Positions 27,486 to 41,384 are shown, numbered from the stretch's first letter. The stretch is DNA of 64,000 bases from Antedon mediterranea (GCF_964355755.1 NC_092672.1:36152437-36216436); one strand, 5' to 3'. Translations and numbers: made by a program. Notes: generated by a model not told the origin, from the sequence alone.

Positions 27486-28009
27486 TGTATATATCATATA
27501 CGGCAAACAACTATGTTTTGAAACCGTCTTAACTGCGAACTTAAATGCTTATAAAATAATTTAGAATAAAAAACTGGCATTAAAGAATCAATAATGTGTA
27601 CAATCATTTCCTTATTACTATTTGAGACACCAAGTACTCAACACAATCAGTTAAGATAAAATCAGAAGATATAAGAATCTATTTTATAAACTTGATGAAC
27701 AGATTTATTTAAAGGCCTAAATTAAAAGCAATACATTGGCTAGGGTCTAAAACACAATAAATTACATTATTATAAGTATGTGATATCGTAATTAATAGAT
27801 AAAATGCATTGGCTTTCACTTTTGCATCAGACAGCACACTTAATAGTTGTGCAGTCAAACTCCTGAAACCAACCAATCTTTAACTGTATTATTTACACGA
27901 AATGTTTTAAATTAAATTAAAACCTACACCAAACCAATCATATTAAACGGAAGAGCAATAAAAACACAATGAACCTTGAATAAAGCAATAAGTTAAGTTA
28001 CAATGATGG

Positions 28010-29598
28010 CTTTGACGTCAACAAACGTAGACTTTCCGTACTTGATGTCCCATCTAAACAGATAAACAAGCTACAGAGCTACAATTTACAATTATTGGTA
28101 TGAGTGTGACGTCATGCCATTCGTGGACTTACCTGATATCCCAACTAAACAGATAAACAAGAACACCAGCAACTGATAGTAAAACTACAGAGCTACATTA
28201 CAAGGATTGGTGAGTGTGACGTCATGCCATTCGTAGACTTACCTGATATCCCAACTAAACAGATAAACAAGAAATCCGGCAACTGATAGCAAAGCTACAG
28301 AGGTACAAGTTGCAATGATTGGTATGAGTGTGACTCATGTCATACATAGACTTACCTGATATCCCATCTAAACAGATAAACAAGAAATCCAGCAACTGAT
28401 AGCAAAGCTGCAGAGGTACAAGTTGCAATGATTGGTATGAGTGTGACTCATGTCATACATAGACTTACCTGATATCCCAACTAAACAGATAAACAAGAAA
28501 TCCAGCAACTGATAGCAAAGCTACAGAGGTACAAGTTGCAATGATTGGTATGAGTGTGACTCATGTCATACATAGACTTACCTGATATCCCAACTAAACA
28601 GATAAACAAGAAATCCAGCAACTGATAGCAAAGCTACAGAGGTACAAGTTGCAATGATTGGTATGAGTGTGACTCATGTCATATATAGACTTACCTGATA
28701 TCCCAACTAAACAGATAAACAAGAAATCCAGCAACTGATAGCAAAGCTGCAGAGGTACAAGTTGCAATGATTGGTATGAGTGTGACTCATGTCATATATA
28801 GACTTACCTGATATCCCAACTAAACAGATAAACAAGAAATCCAGCAACTGATAGCAAAGCTGCAGAGGTACAAGTTGCAATGATTGGTATGAGTGTGACT
28901 CATGTCATACATAGACTTACCTGATATCCCAACTAAACAGATAAACAAGAAATCCAGCAACTGATAGCAAAGCTACAGAGGTACAAGTTGCAATGATTGG
29001 TATGAGTGTGACTCATGTCATACATAGACTTACCTGATATCCCAACTAAACAGATAAACAAGAAATCCAGCAACTGATAGCAAAGCTGCAGAGGTACAAG
29101 TTGCAATGAGTGGTATGAGTGTGACTCATGTCATATATAGACTTACCTGATATCCCAACTAAACAGATAAACAAGAAATCCAGCAACTGATAGCAAAGCT
29201 GCAGAGGTACAAGTTGCAATGAGTGGTATGAGTGTGACTCATGTCATATATAGACTTACCTGATATCCCAACTAAACAGATAAACAAGAAATCCGGCAAC
29301 TGACAAGAAAGCTACAGAGCTACAAGTTGCAATGATTGGTATGAGTGTGACTCATGTCATATATAGACTTACCTGATATCCCAACTAAACAGATAAACAA
29401 GAAATCCAGCAACTGATAGCAAAGCTACAGAGCTACAAGTTGCAATGATTGGTATGAATGTGACTCATGTCATACATAGACTTACCTGATATCCCATCTA
29501 AACAGATAAACAAGAAATCCAGCAACTGATAGCAAAGCTGCAGAGGTACAAGTTGCAATGATTGGTATGAGTGTGACTCATGTCATACATAGACTTAC
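28010..29598 (-). repeat. 113-bp TM + donor tandem array, ~14 copies, downstream of V9
   Basis: gacttacc occurs every 113 bp from 28236 to 29592, with more degenerate copies at ~28126 and ~28030. Confidence 0.97.
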
Positions 29599-30637
29599 CT
29601 GATATGATATCCCATCTAAACAGATAAACAAGAAATCCGGCAACTGATAGCAAAGCTGCAGAGGTACAAGTTGCAATGATAGTGCCTGTAGCGATCCCGA
29701 CGTCATAACATGTCAAGGAAGCTGCATCGAATTGTAATAAAGTCGTTCCATTTCGGTTTTTACATTTTGCGTATTGCATGTCAATCAATTTTACTTTAGT
29801 TCGATTTATCCACTGACGAAACCAAACAAGGTTGCAATCGCAACTGAAGGGATTAAATCCAAATCCAAATTTAACAAGTTTAGTTAAATTTTGAATTCCA
29901 ACTTCTTCGTTTACTTCTGTTAGTTTGTTTTGTTGTATATAAAGTCTTGTTACATTTGGTGAACCATGAAACATATCGTTATGGAGGATACCAATTTGAT
30001 TGTAGCGTATACCAACATTACTTAGAAATGGCAGATTGTGAAATAGATCGATAGGAAGTTCTGATATTTGATTTCCAGAAAGATATACATTCTCTAGTTG
30101 ACCACAATTCTCAAATAAATCCTTGTCGAGAGTTTTTACAAGACAATGTCTTATCGATATAGACCGTAATGATCGCAAGTTTTGAAACCATATTTTACGA
30201 AGATTAATCAAATTTAAATTAAAGTCCAGAAATAAAGTCTTTAGATTTGCTTGACCGACAAAGATATTATGAAGATAACTAAATTGTAGCCTATTGTAAC
30301 GCAAATCAATCGTATCAAGCTGTGAAAAGTTTAGCAAACTTGTATTGCTAATAGTTGTAAGTTCATTGCCACTTAAGCTAAGTTCTGTTACATCCACTGA
30401 AATATGTGAAGGTACACGTGAATATCCTTTACGTTGGCAATTCACTATATGTCGCATCCAAGCCGAGTGTTTTAGGTATGTTGGGCAATATTTACACTGA
30501 CATCTGTCTGGGCAAATTGTAGTATTTTTGTCTGCTGTTCCATTGATTCGAAATTGGTTGTATTTATAACACGTACAGCTGACTTCAAGTACAAGGCTTA
30601 ATGAAGCAACGGACTTTAAAACCTGAAATAAGAACAT
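29599..30637 (-). CDS. V9: LRR ectodomain + TM cassette (second subfamily), donor shifted out of phase by a 5-bp duplication
   Basis: ATG MFLFQVL at 30637. gatatgatat at 29601-29610 gives WDIIS G|GT (phase 1); unspliced read-through stops at 29498. Confidence 0.8.
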
Positions 30638-31494
30638 TCTGAAACATGGAAAAAAGAATTTAGCCTTTCTGAGCTTAGTGCGTATAGTTTCCTGGTTCGC
30701 CAATTGCTCTGTTTATGATGTCTACGTAGAACTCTTTTTGAATATTTCTCCCTTCGTAACTTGCACCGTTTAACATAAAATACTGTGCTTATGGTATTCA
30801 CTTTCCTAGAGTTAGAAGCGAAATGAAAGGAAAAGGCCGCGGCCCACCTCAGTATTATGTTGTTTATTGTTTCCTGCTTTGTATAAACGAGTGAAACATA
30901 ATGTAAATTTAAAACGTACTACGTCTGTTTAAATGTTATGAATGAGAACAAGTGATTAAAAGCTATACAGTTGCAAAAATACGGTAAGGAGTATGACGTC
31001 ATAATATGTAAACTTACCTGATATCCCATCAAAACACATAAATAGGAAAACCAGCAACTGTCAAGAAAGCTGCAGAGCTACAAGTTGCAATGATATGATT
31101 GTCATAACATACTAGACTTACCTTTTAATTTAATTTATTTAATTTTTATTCTAAATTGTTTGTGCTTTATTTTATCTTTATAAATTATATTTATTTTAAT
31201 TTAATTTTTATTGTTACCTCTTTATGTCTTGTCATGATGTATTTTTGTGAGGGTCCCTAATGATCAGCTTCGGCTGGATGGACCACCCTCGTGAAATATT
31301 GTTGAAATAAAATAAAATAAAGATATCCCATCAAAACACATAAATAAGAAAACCAGCAACTGTCAAGAAAGCTGCAGGGCTATACAAGTTGCAATGATAA
31401 TAATGATTGTGACGTCATAACATATATTAAACTGAAGAGCAATAAAAACATAATGAACCTTGAATAAAGCAATAAGTTAAATTACAATGATGGC

Positions 31495-33672
31495 TTTGAC
31501 GTCAACAAACGTAGACTTTCCGTACTTGATGTCCCATCTAAACAGATAAACAAGAAATCCAGCAACTGACCAGAAAGCTACAGAGCTACAAGTTGCAATG
31601 ATTGAAATGAGTGTGACACATTTCATGCATAGACTTACCTGATATCCCATCTAAACAGATAAACAAGAAAACCAGCAACTGATAGCAAAGCTACAGAGCT
31701 ACAAGTTGCAATGATTGGTATGAATGTGACTCATGTCATACATAGACTTACCTGATATCCCAACTAAACAGATAAACAAGAAATCCAGCAACTGATAGCA
31801 AAGCTGCAGAGGTCCAAGTTGCAATGATTGGTATGAGTGTGACTCATGTCATACATAGACTTACCTGATATCCCAACTAAACAGATAAACAAGAAATCCA
31901 GCAACTGATAGCAAAGCTACAGAGCTACAAGTTGCAATGATTGGTATGAATGTGACTCATGTCATACATAGACTTACCTGATATCCCAACTAAACAGATA
32001 AACAAGAAATCCAGCAACTGATAGCAAAGCTACAGAGGTACAAGTTGCAATGATTGGTATGAGTGTGACTCATGTCATATATAGACTTACCTGATATCCC
32101 AACTAAACAGATAAACAAGAAATCCAGCAACTGATAGCAAAGCTACAGAGGTACAAGTTGCAATGATTGGTATGAGTGTGACTCATGTCATACATAGACT
32201 TACCTGATATCCCAACTAAACAGATAAACAAGAAATCCAGCAACTGATAGCAAAGCTACAGAGCTACAAGTTGCAATGATTGGTATGAGTGTGACTCATG
32301 TCATACATAGACTTACCTGATATCCCAACTAAACAGATAAACAAGAAATCCAGCAACTGATAGCAAAGCTACAGAGCTACAAGTTGCAATGATTGGTATG
32401 AATGTGACTCATGTCATATATAGACTTACCTGATATCCCATCTAAACAGATAAACAAGAAATCCAGCAACTGATAGCAAAGCTACAGAGGTACAAGTTGC
32501 AATGATTGGTATGAGTGTGACTCATGTCATACATAGACTTACCTGATATCCCAACTAAACAGATAAACAAGAAATCCAGCAACTGATAGCAAAGCTACAG
32601 AGCTACAAGTTGCAATTATTGGTATGAGTGTGACTCATGTCATACATAGACTTACCTGATATCCCAACTAAACAGATAAACAAGAAATCCAGCAACTGAT
32701 AGCAAAGCTGCAGAGGTACAAGTTGCAATGATTGGTATGAATGTGACTCATGTCATACATAGACTTACCTGATATCCCATCTAAACAGATAAACAAGAAA
32801 TCCAGCAACTGATAGCAAAGCTGCAGAGGTACAAGTTGCAATGATTGGTATGAATGTGACTCATGTCATACATAGACTTACCTGATATCCCAACTAAACA
32901 GATAAACAAGAAATCCGGCAACTGATAGCAAAGCTGCAGAGGTACAAGTTGCAATGATTGGTATGAGTGTGACTCATGTCATACATAGACTTACCTGATA
33001 TCCCAACTAAACAGATAAACAAGAAATCCAGCAACTGATAGCAAAGCTACACAGGTACAAGTTGCAATGATTGGTATGAATGTGACTCATGTCATACATA
33101 GACTTACCTGATATCCCAACTAAACAGATAAACAAGAAATCCAGCAACTGATAGCAAAGCTACACAGGTACAAGTTGCAATGATTGGTATGAGTGTGACT
33201 CATGTCATACATAGACTTACCTGATATCCCAACTAAACAGATAAACAAGAAATCCAGCAACTGATTGCAAAGCTACAGAGGTACAAGTTGCAATGATTGG
33301 TATGAGTATGACTCATGTCATATATAGACTTACCTGATATCCCAACTAAACAGATAAACAAGAAATCCAGCAACTGATAGCAAAGCTGCAGAGGTACAAG
33401 TTGCAATGATTGGTATGAGTGTGACTCATGTCATATATAGACTTACCTGATATCCCAACTAAACAGATAAACAAGAAATCCAGCAACTGATAGCAAAGCT
33501 ACAGAGCTACAAGTTGCAATGATTGGTATGAGTGTGACTCATGTCATACATAGACTTACCTGATATCCCATCTAAACAGATAAACAAGAAATCCAGCAAC
33601 TGATAGCAAAGCTGCAGAGGTACAAGTTGCAATGATTGGTATGAGTGTGACTCATGTCATACATAGACTTAC
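31495..33672 (-). repeat. 113-bp TM + donor tandem array, ~19 copies, downstream of V10
   Basis: gacttacc occurs every 113 bp from 31632 to 33666 (18 intervals), plus a degenerate distal copy near 31510. Confidence 0.97.
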
Positions 33673-34706
33673 CTGATATCCCATCTAAACAGATAAACAA
33701 GAAATCCGGCAACTGATAGCAAAGCTGCAGAGGTACAAGTTGCAATGATAGTGCCTGTAGCGATCCCGGGGTCATAACATGTCAATGAAGCTGCATCGAA
33801 TTGTAATAAATTCGTTCCATTTCTGTTTTCACATTTTGCGTTTTCCATTTCAACCAATTTTACTTTAGTTCGATTTATCCACTGACGAAACCAAACAAGG
33901 TTGCAGTCGCAACTGAAGGGATTAAATCCAAATGCAAATTCATAAAACTTAGTTAAATTTTGAATTCCTACTCTTTGATTTACTTCTGTTAATTTGTTGT
34001 TTTCCATATAAAGTCGTGTTACATTTGGTGAACCATGAAACATATCGTTATGGAGAACACCAAGTTGATTGTAGCGTATATCCACTTTACTTAGGAATGG
34101 CAGATTGTGAAAGAGATTACTAGGAAGTCTTGATATTTGATTTCCAGAAAGATATACATTCTCTAGTTGACCACAATTCTCAAATAAATCCTTGTCGAGA
34201 GTTTTTACAAGACAATGTGTTATCGATATAGACCGTAATGATAGCAAGTTTCGAAACCATATTTTACGTAGATTAACCAAATTGTCATTAAAGTCCAGAA
34301 ATAAAGCCTTTAGATTTACTTGACTGTCAAAGATATTATGAAGATAACTAAATTGTAGCCTATTGTAACGCAAATCAATTATATCAAGCTGTGAAAAGTT
34401 TATCAAACTTGTATTGCTAATAGTTGTAAGTTCATTGCCACTTAAGTTAAGTTCTGTTACATCCACTGGAATATGTGAAGGTATACGTGAATATCCTTTA
34501 CGTTGGCAATTCACTATATGTCGCATCGTCGCCGAGTGTTTCAGGTATTTTGGGCAATATTTACAATGACATCTGTCTGGGCAAGTTGTAGTGTTTCTGT
34601 CTGCTGTTCCATTGATTCGAAATTGGTTGTATTTATAACACGTACAGCTGACTTCAAGTAGAAGGCTTAATGAAGCAATGGACTTTAAAACCTGAAATAA
34701 GAACAT
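33673..34706 (-). CDS. V10: LRR ectodomain + TM cassette (second subfamily)
   Basis: SP-LRRNT-LRRs-NPFSCDC LRRCT-TM; phase-2 AG|GTAAGT donor. Confidence 0.9.
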
Positions 34707-35456
34707 TCTGAAATATCTGGAAGTGTTGGGTGGAAGAATTCAGCCTGTAGTCTGAACTTAGTGCGTATAGTTTGTTGTAGATAATCTTAAAAATTGAAGA
34801 AAGATTCCTGGTTTGCCAATTCCTCTGATTAAGATGTCTACGTAGAACTCTTTTTGAATATTTCTCCCTTCTTAACTTGCACATCGTTTAACCTAAAATA
34901 CTGTGCTTATGGTATTCACTTTCCTAGAGTTAGAAGCGAAATGAAAGGAAGTGACCGAGGCGCACCTATATGTTGTTTATTGTTTCCTGCTTTGGTAAAA
35001 ATGAGTGAAACATAATGTAAATTTAAAACGTACTACGTCTGTTTAAATGTTATGGATGAGAACAAGTAATTAAAAGCTACAGATGCAAACACATTGTAAG
35101 GAGTGTGATCATAACATACGTAGACCTACCTTATATCCCATCAAAATACATAAATAAGAAAACTAGCAACTGTCAAGAAAGCTGCAGAGCTACAAGTTGC
35201 TATGATAATAATGGTTGTGACGTCATGGACAACAACAATGCAGAGTTGAAAGATATAAAAAAAGTGCAATACCATACCTTATCTCGCTTCTAAATGAATA
35301 ATCAGTATATATCACCCAGTACAGCTATGCGATTCTTATTGGTGCTTTTAGGTGTTTTTTTTTCTATTTTATTTTTAATATTTTACTTTTTTAATGTTCC
35401 TGTATTGTATTTCTTGTGTAAATTGCCTCCTTTTTTTATATATAATTATCATTGGT

Positions 35457-35557
35457 TTTACTCTGAATGGATTGTATAATTTACACTTTTTCGAAGTGGA
35501 AGGTACAGCAATTACAAACAGCGTAAATACACAAAACAGAATAACTTTAATATTCAT
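35457..35557 (-). pseudogene. 5' fragment of a V13-like cassette (signal peptide to YNPFRV)
   Basis: MNIKVILFCVFTLFVIAVPSTS..YNPFRV, then homology is lost. The upstream ~230 bp matches the V13 upstream region (~44620-44850). Confidence 0.85.
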
Positions 35558-36119
35558 GCTGATAATTTGTGCTTTTATTATCAAGTGGAGTTACGTTGGG
35601 TTGGAGACCATGGAGGTTGACATCACCTTGACAATTGAGGACAGAGGCTACTTACAGTCGAATTGTCTGGTCAAAATTGTACTATATAATCTCTGTTGTT
35701 CCGTTGATGAAAAATTATCGTTGAAATTATCAAGTATAGAACTGACTTTAAACCTAAGCCTAAGAAAACAATGCACTTCAACACAAATCAATTTATTTCC
35801 TCAATGTTCTTCCTAAGCCCGATACATAAAGAGGGCGCGCTATAAGGAACAAGTAAATAATTATTTTCTCAATAATATGATTGAAATGACCAATAATGGT
35901 TCCTCATTATAGGTCGTGTTTCCGCAGCCAAAAATTAACTGATAATTAACCGATAAACTGCCTTCGGAAACGGGGTTTAACCATGGTTTAACCGATTCCG
36001 TAGTAAAATTTCAAAAAGTAAAGACGACGGAATTTCACGCTAAGCTCCGCCCACTTTGTTAAAGCTCATGCATAAATTAATCATGAGCACCGTCCTGTGG
36101 CTTCCCATCGTGTTTCGTA

Positions 36120-36710
36120 AACAGATCGATAGGAAGTTCTGATATTTGATTTCCAGAAAGATACACATTCTCTAGTTGACCACAATTTCAAATAAATCCT
36201 TGTCGAGAGTTTTACAAGACAATGTGTTATCGATATAGAACGTAACGACCGCAAGTTTCGAAACCATATTTTAGGAAGGTTAATCAAATTTAAATTAAAG
36301 TGCAGAAATATAGTCTTTAGATTTGCTTGACTGTCAAAGATATGAAGATAACTAAATTGTAGGCTATTGTAACGCAAATCAATTTTATCAAGCTGTGAAA
36401 AGTTTATCAAACTTGTATTGCTAATAGTTGTTAGTTCATTGCCACTTAAGTTAAGTTCTGTTACATCCACTGGAATATGTGAAGGTATACGTGAATATCC
36501 TTTACGTTGGCAATTCACTATATGTCGCATCGTCGCCGAGTGTTTCAGGTATTTTGGGCAATATTTACAATGACATCTGTCTGGGCAAGTTGTAGTGTTT
36601 CTGTCTGCTGTTCCATTGATTCGAAATTGGTTGTATTTATAACACGTACAGCTGACTTCAAGTAGAAGGCTTAATGAAGCAATGGACTTTAAAACCTGAA
36701 ATAAGAACAT
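36120..36710 (-). pseudogene. Truncated, frameshifted duplicate of V10
   Basis: First ~110 codons and the upstream flank are nearly identical to V10. Single-base deletions near 36210 and 36185; homology ends near 36120. Confidence 0.9.
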
Positions 36711-37355
36711 TCTGAAATATCTGGAAGTGTTGGGTGGAAGAATTCAGCCTGTAGTCTGAACTTAGTGCGTATAGTTTGTTGTAGATAATCTTAAAAATTG
36801 AAGAAAGATTCCTGGTTTGCCAATTCCTCTGATTAAGATGTCTACGTAGAACTCTTTTTGAATATTTCTCCCTTCTTAACTTGCACATCGTTTAACCTAA
36901 AATACTGTGCTTATGGTATTCACTTTCCTAGAGTTAGAAGCGAAATGAAAGGAAGTGACCGAGGCGCACCTATATGTTGTTTATTGTTTCCTGCTTTGGT
37001 AAAAATGAGTGAAACATAATGTAAATTTAAAACGTACTACGTCTGTTTAAATGTTATGGATGAGAACAAGTAATTAAAAGCTACAGATGCAAACACATTG
37101 TAAGGAGTGTGATCATAACATACGTAGACTTACCTTATATCCCATCAAAATACATAAATAAGAAAACTAGCAACTGTCAAGAAAGCTGCATAGCTACAAG
37201 TTGTAATGATAATACTGATTGTGATGTCATAACATACGTAGACTTACCTGATATCCCATCGAAACACATAAATAAGAAAACCAGCAACTGTCAAGAAAGC
37301 TGCAGAGCTACAAGTTACAATGATAATAATGATTGTGACGTCATACGAGACTTAC

Positions 37356-38398
37356 CTGATATCCCATCGAAACAGATAAATAAGAAAACCAGCAACTGAC
37401 AAGAAAGCTGCAGAGCTACAAGTTGCAATGATAATAATGGTTGTGACGTCATAACATCTGAGAGATTCTGCATCGAAATTCATTATTGTTATATTTTTCT
37501 TGACACATATAGCGTCATCAAGATCTGCTAACACAGCGTTAGTTTGATTAAGCCACTGACGAAACCATACTAGGCTACAATCGCAGCTCAGAGGATTGAA
37601 TCCAAATCCAAACTGAAGTAATTTAGTTAAATTCTGAATTCCAACATCTTTATTAATTGATCTTATTTGGTTGTTGTGTATAAAAAGATAGGAAATGTTT
37701 AAAGAATCCACAAACATGTTATCTTCCAGATTGGTAATAGAATTACGCGAAAAATCAACGTTCTTTAGAAATCTGTGATTTCTTACTATATCAGCAGGTA
37801 AACTTGTTAGCTGGTTTCCAGTTAAGTGAATTGAAGTTAGATTAACGCAATTTTTAAACACTCCACTTTGCAAAGTCTTTACAGCTGAATATCTAATGTA
37901 AATATTTTCTAATGCAGTTAACTTTAAAAACCAAGCTCTTGGTATGTGCGAAAGAGCTATATTGTAATCCAGATTTAATATTTCAAGTTTAGTGAGATAA
38001 TTAAACGAATCACCGTCTATATAGTTGTACTGTAATTTATTTGCAGTCAATATTAATACTTCCATTTTTCGAAAATTAGCCAATTCTTCAGATTTGATTC
38101 CACTAATGTGATTGTAATCAAGACGTAAATAGCTAACGTCGATAGGGATATCTCTGGCTGGAATGTGACGAAATTGCTTCTGCTTACACCTTACTTCATG
38201 GCTTGCATACATATGTGTTTCATCGATATGACGAATGCAGTATACGCAATAACATTCACGTGGACAAATCGTTGTATTCGGTGCTTGAGTTCCGTTTATT
38301 CTGAACGGATTGTATGAGGTACCGGTACAGTCCTTTGCCGAAATAGATACATTTGTCATCAGCATAAACACATAAAACAGAGTAATGTTAATATTCAT
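37356..38398 (-). CDS. V11: LRR ectodomain + TM cassette
   Basis: ATG at 38398 (ORF-track start is a GTG); phase-2 donor. Confidence 0.9.
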
Positions 38399-40344
38399 GT
38401 TGCTCCAGATAAGTAAGTAATGGAAGCAGATCTTCACCTTGGAATAAATGTTATCCGTGTGTTAGAAATATAAAGTATTGTGCTTCCAAGGAAGTGTTTT
38501 TGAAACCACTATTAACGACCATTTGAGTTATTTTCTTTCCTGTTCTTTGTGAATTAAATTTAAATTTTAAAAATTGAAATAAAAATAATATTATTTTACT
38601 TCCTGTTGTGTGTCTTATTGGTTATCCGCAAGGTATTGTGGATAACCCAATTGTGATTGTCAGGATATTTGTTGTTCTTCTTTGTTATTCTTCTTTCTTT
38701 CCACGAATTGTGTTGGCAGTCTATCTCTAAAACTTGAAAACAGAACATTTTGTAACTTTACCCGAATTCAGACCTTATGTGAATTAATAAGATTTTCGTA
38801 ACGTACGCGTGATTTTATGAAGCTTATGATTGATCATAAGTTTTGAACTAAACGACATTTCTTAATGAAACTTGTTAAAAGTATACTTCATAATATGGAA
38901 CTTTTTTCAACTTATTATGAATGCGTGTAACATTTGTACCAACCGGATATCGTGACGTCATCATATTATTTTTCCTCTTTTGTTCTAGTTAATCACATTT
39001 AATAGAGAGCATCGCGCTTATTTGTATTCCATTTCTCAATCAATTCTCTTTCACATGTGTTACAAACATTTTAATTTTATGACGTCATCATGTAAACAAA
39101 TTCCAAAATTGTATCTATCGGATGTCGTGATATTATCATATGGCCAGTTGAACGTCTATACCACGTTACCAAATATAAAAAATTGAGGACTGCAATTATC
39201 TTACCGTACTCCGAAACATCAAATCAGTAAGGCGTTTTCTCAATGAAGATGCTACATGTATGCTCGTTCATCTGGAATAGATTATTGCAATAGAGTTCTT
39301 TATTTACGGATTGCTTTCATCATCAACTTTTACTGAATATAACCGCTCGTCTTGTTTCTCGAACATACCCGAACACACCCGAACATTTCACTCGTACATT
39401 CCAGCGTCTCAATTGGTTACCAGTGAAAGATCCACGTTCATTTATTTGTTTTCAAATAATTATATTCGTCATATTTCCCCACCGTACATTTCTGAACTAA
39501 TTCATCTTCGTTCAGTAATCTGCGCTCTTACACTCGGACCAACATCAGATGAAACTGAACTCTCCATTCTCCACACTGTCGGTTGAATGCATATGAAGAG
39601 CGACCGTTTATAGTTGCTGTGTCAAATTTGTTTAAGAATTTTTATTCATGATTCGCCTTCTGTATTTTGAAAGAACGGCTTAATACCATTTATTTTCGTC
39701 AGTTTAATTATTGATTTTCATTCTTGCCCGTCAGTTTTCATAGCCTTACCAGGATAGAAGGCGCCTGATTCATGAGATGGCAGAAACTCACTGAAACCAT
39801 GGTTAGCGACAAAGGCGTCGTATCACCATACTCATGTTTGGGTATTGCATGGATTTTTCACAGCATTTCGAAGTTTGTTTTGTTTTGTTCGTGTTACACT
39901 GCTTAGTATAGTATTTATGTCCTTATAAAATAGTGAAAGATTGCAATAATTTAAAGATGGTTGTAGAAGAAATCAAGATATGCCATTAGACAGTTTCGAC
40001 TAGACTTTATGTCCCATTTTCATTTTATAACAAATTTCTTCTTTTTACATCCAATATATAATCAAAATAAAAAGAAAAACAACATTAGAGCAAAAGAGTA
40101 AACAAAAATGATGCCGTGAGTAAATAAGTATTAAGTGTAAAAATCTAAATGTTTGAAATAAAAACAATGCATCAAAAGAAAGAACGCTATTAACAAGATA
40201 CAAGTGTCAATGACGTCGCCATGAAATACGTAGTTACCTGATGTCACAGTGAAATACATAACCAGCAACTGACAAGAAAGCTTCAGAACTACAAGTTGCA
40301 AACATAGTGTAAAGAGTGTGAAGTCAAAACATACGTAGACTTAC

Positions 40345-41384
40345 CTGATGTCCCATCGGAATGCATAAATAAGAAAACCAGCAACTGACAAGAAAGCTGC
40401 AGAGCTACAAGTTGCAATTATAATAATGATTGTGACGTCATAGCATTTGAGAGATTCTGCATCGAAATTCATCATTGTTATATTTTTCTTTTCACATATG
40501 GCGTCATCAATATTTATCAACGTAGCGTTAGTTTGGTTAAGCCACTGACGAAACCATACTAGGCTACAATCGCAGCTCAGAGGATTGAATCCAAATCCAA
40601 ACCGAAGTAATTTAGTTAAATTCTGAATTCCAACATCTTTACTAATCGTTCTGATTTGATTGTTGTGTATAAAAAGATAGGAAATGTTTAAAGAATCTAA
40701 AAACATGTTATCTTCCAGATTGGTAATAGAATTACGCGAAAAATCGACGCTCTGTAGAAATCTGTGATTTCTTAATATATCAGCAGGTAAACTTGTTAGC
40801 TGGTTTCCTGTTAAGTGAACTGAAATCAGATTAACGGAATTTTTAAACACTCCACTCTGCAAAGTCTTTACAGATGAATATCTAATGTGAACAGATGTTA
40901 GCGCAGTTAACTTTAAAAACCAAGCTCTTGGTATGTGCGAAAGAGCTCGATTGTAATCCAGGTATAATATTTCAAGTTTGGTGAGATTATTAAACGAATC
41001 ATCGTGTATGTTATTGTACTGTAAGATATTATCAACCAATGTTAAAATTGTCAGTTCACGAAAGTTAGCCAAGTCATTAGACTTAATTCCACTAATGTGA
41101 TTGGAATCGAGACGCAAAGTGCCAACATCAACTGGGATATCTCTGGTTGGAATGTGATGGAATCGCTTCTGCTTACACCTTACCTCATGGCTTGCATACA
41201 TCGGTGTTTGGTCGATATGACTAATGCAGTATACGCAATAACAATCGTTTGGACAAATCGTTGTATTTCGTGCTTGCGTTCCGTTTACTCTGAACGGATT
41301 GTATGGCGTACACTTTTTCGAAGTGGAAGGTACAGCAATTACACACAGCGTAAACACACAAAACAGAGTAATGTTAATATTCAT
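40345..41384 (-). CDS. V12: LRR ectodomain + TM cassette
   Basis: Same architecture; phase-2 donor. Confidence 0.9.

Noticed and set aside
28010-33672. CRISPR array interpretation of the regularly spaced repeats
   Set aside because: Units are contiguous near-identical tandem copies with no unique spacers, derive from the adjacent exon, and lie in eukaryotic DNA with no cas genes.
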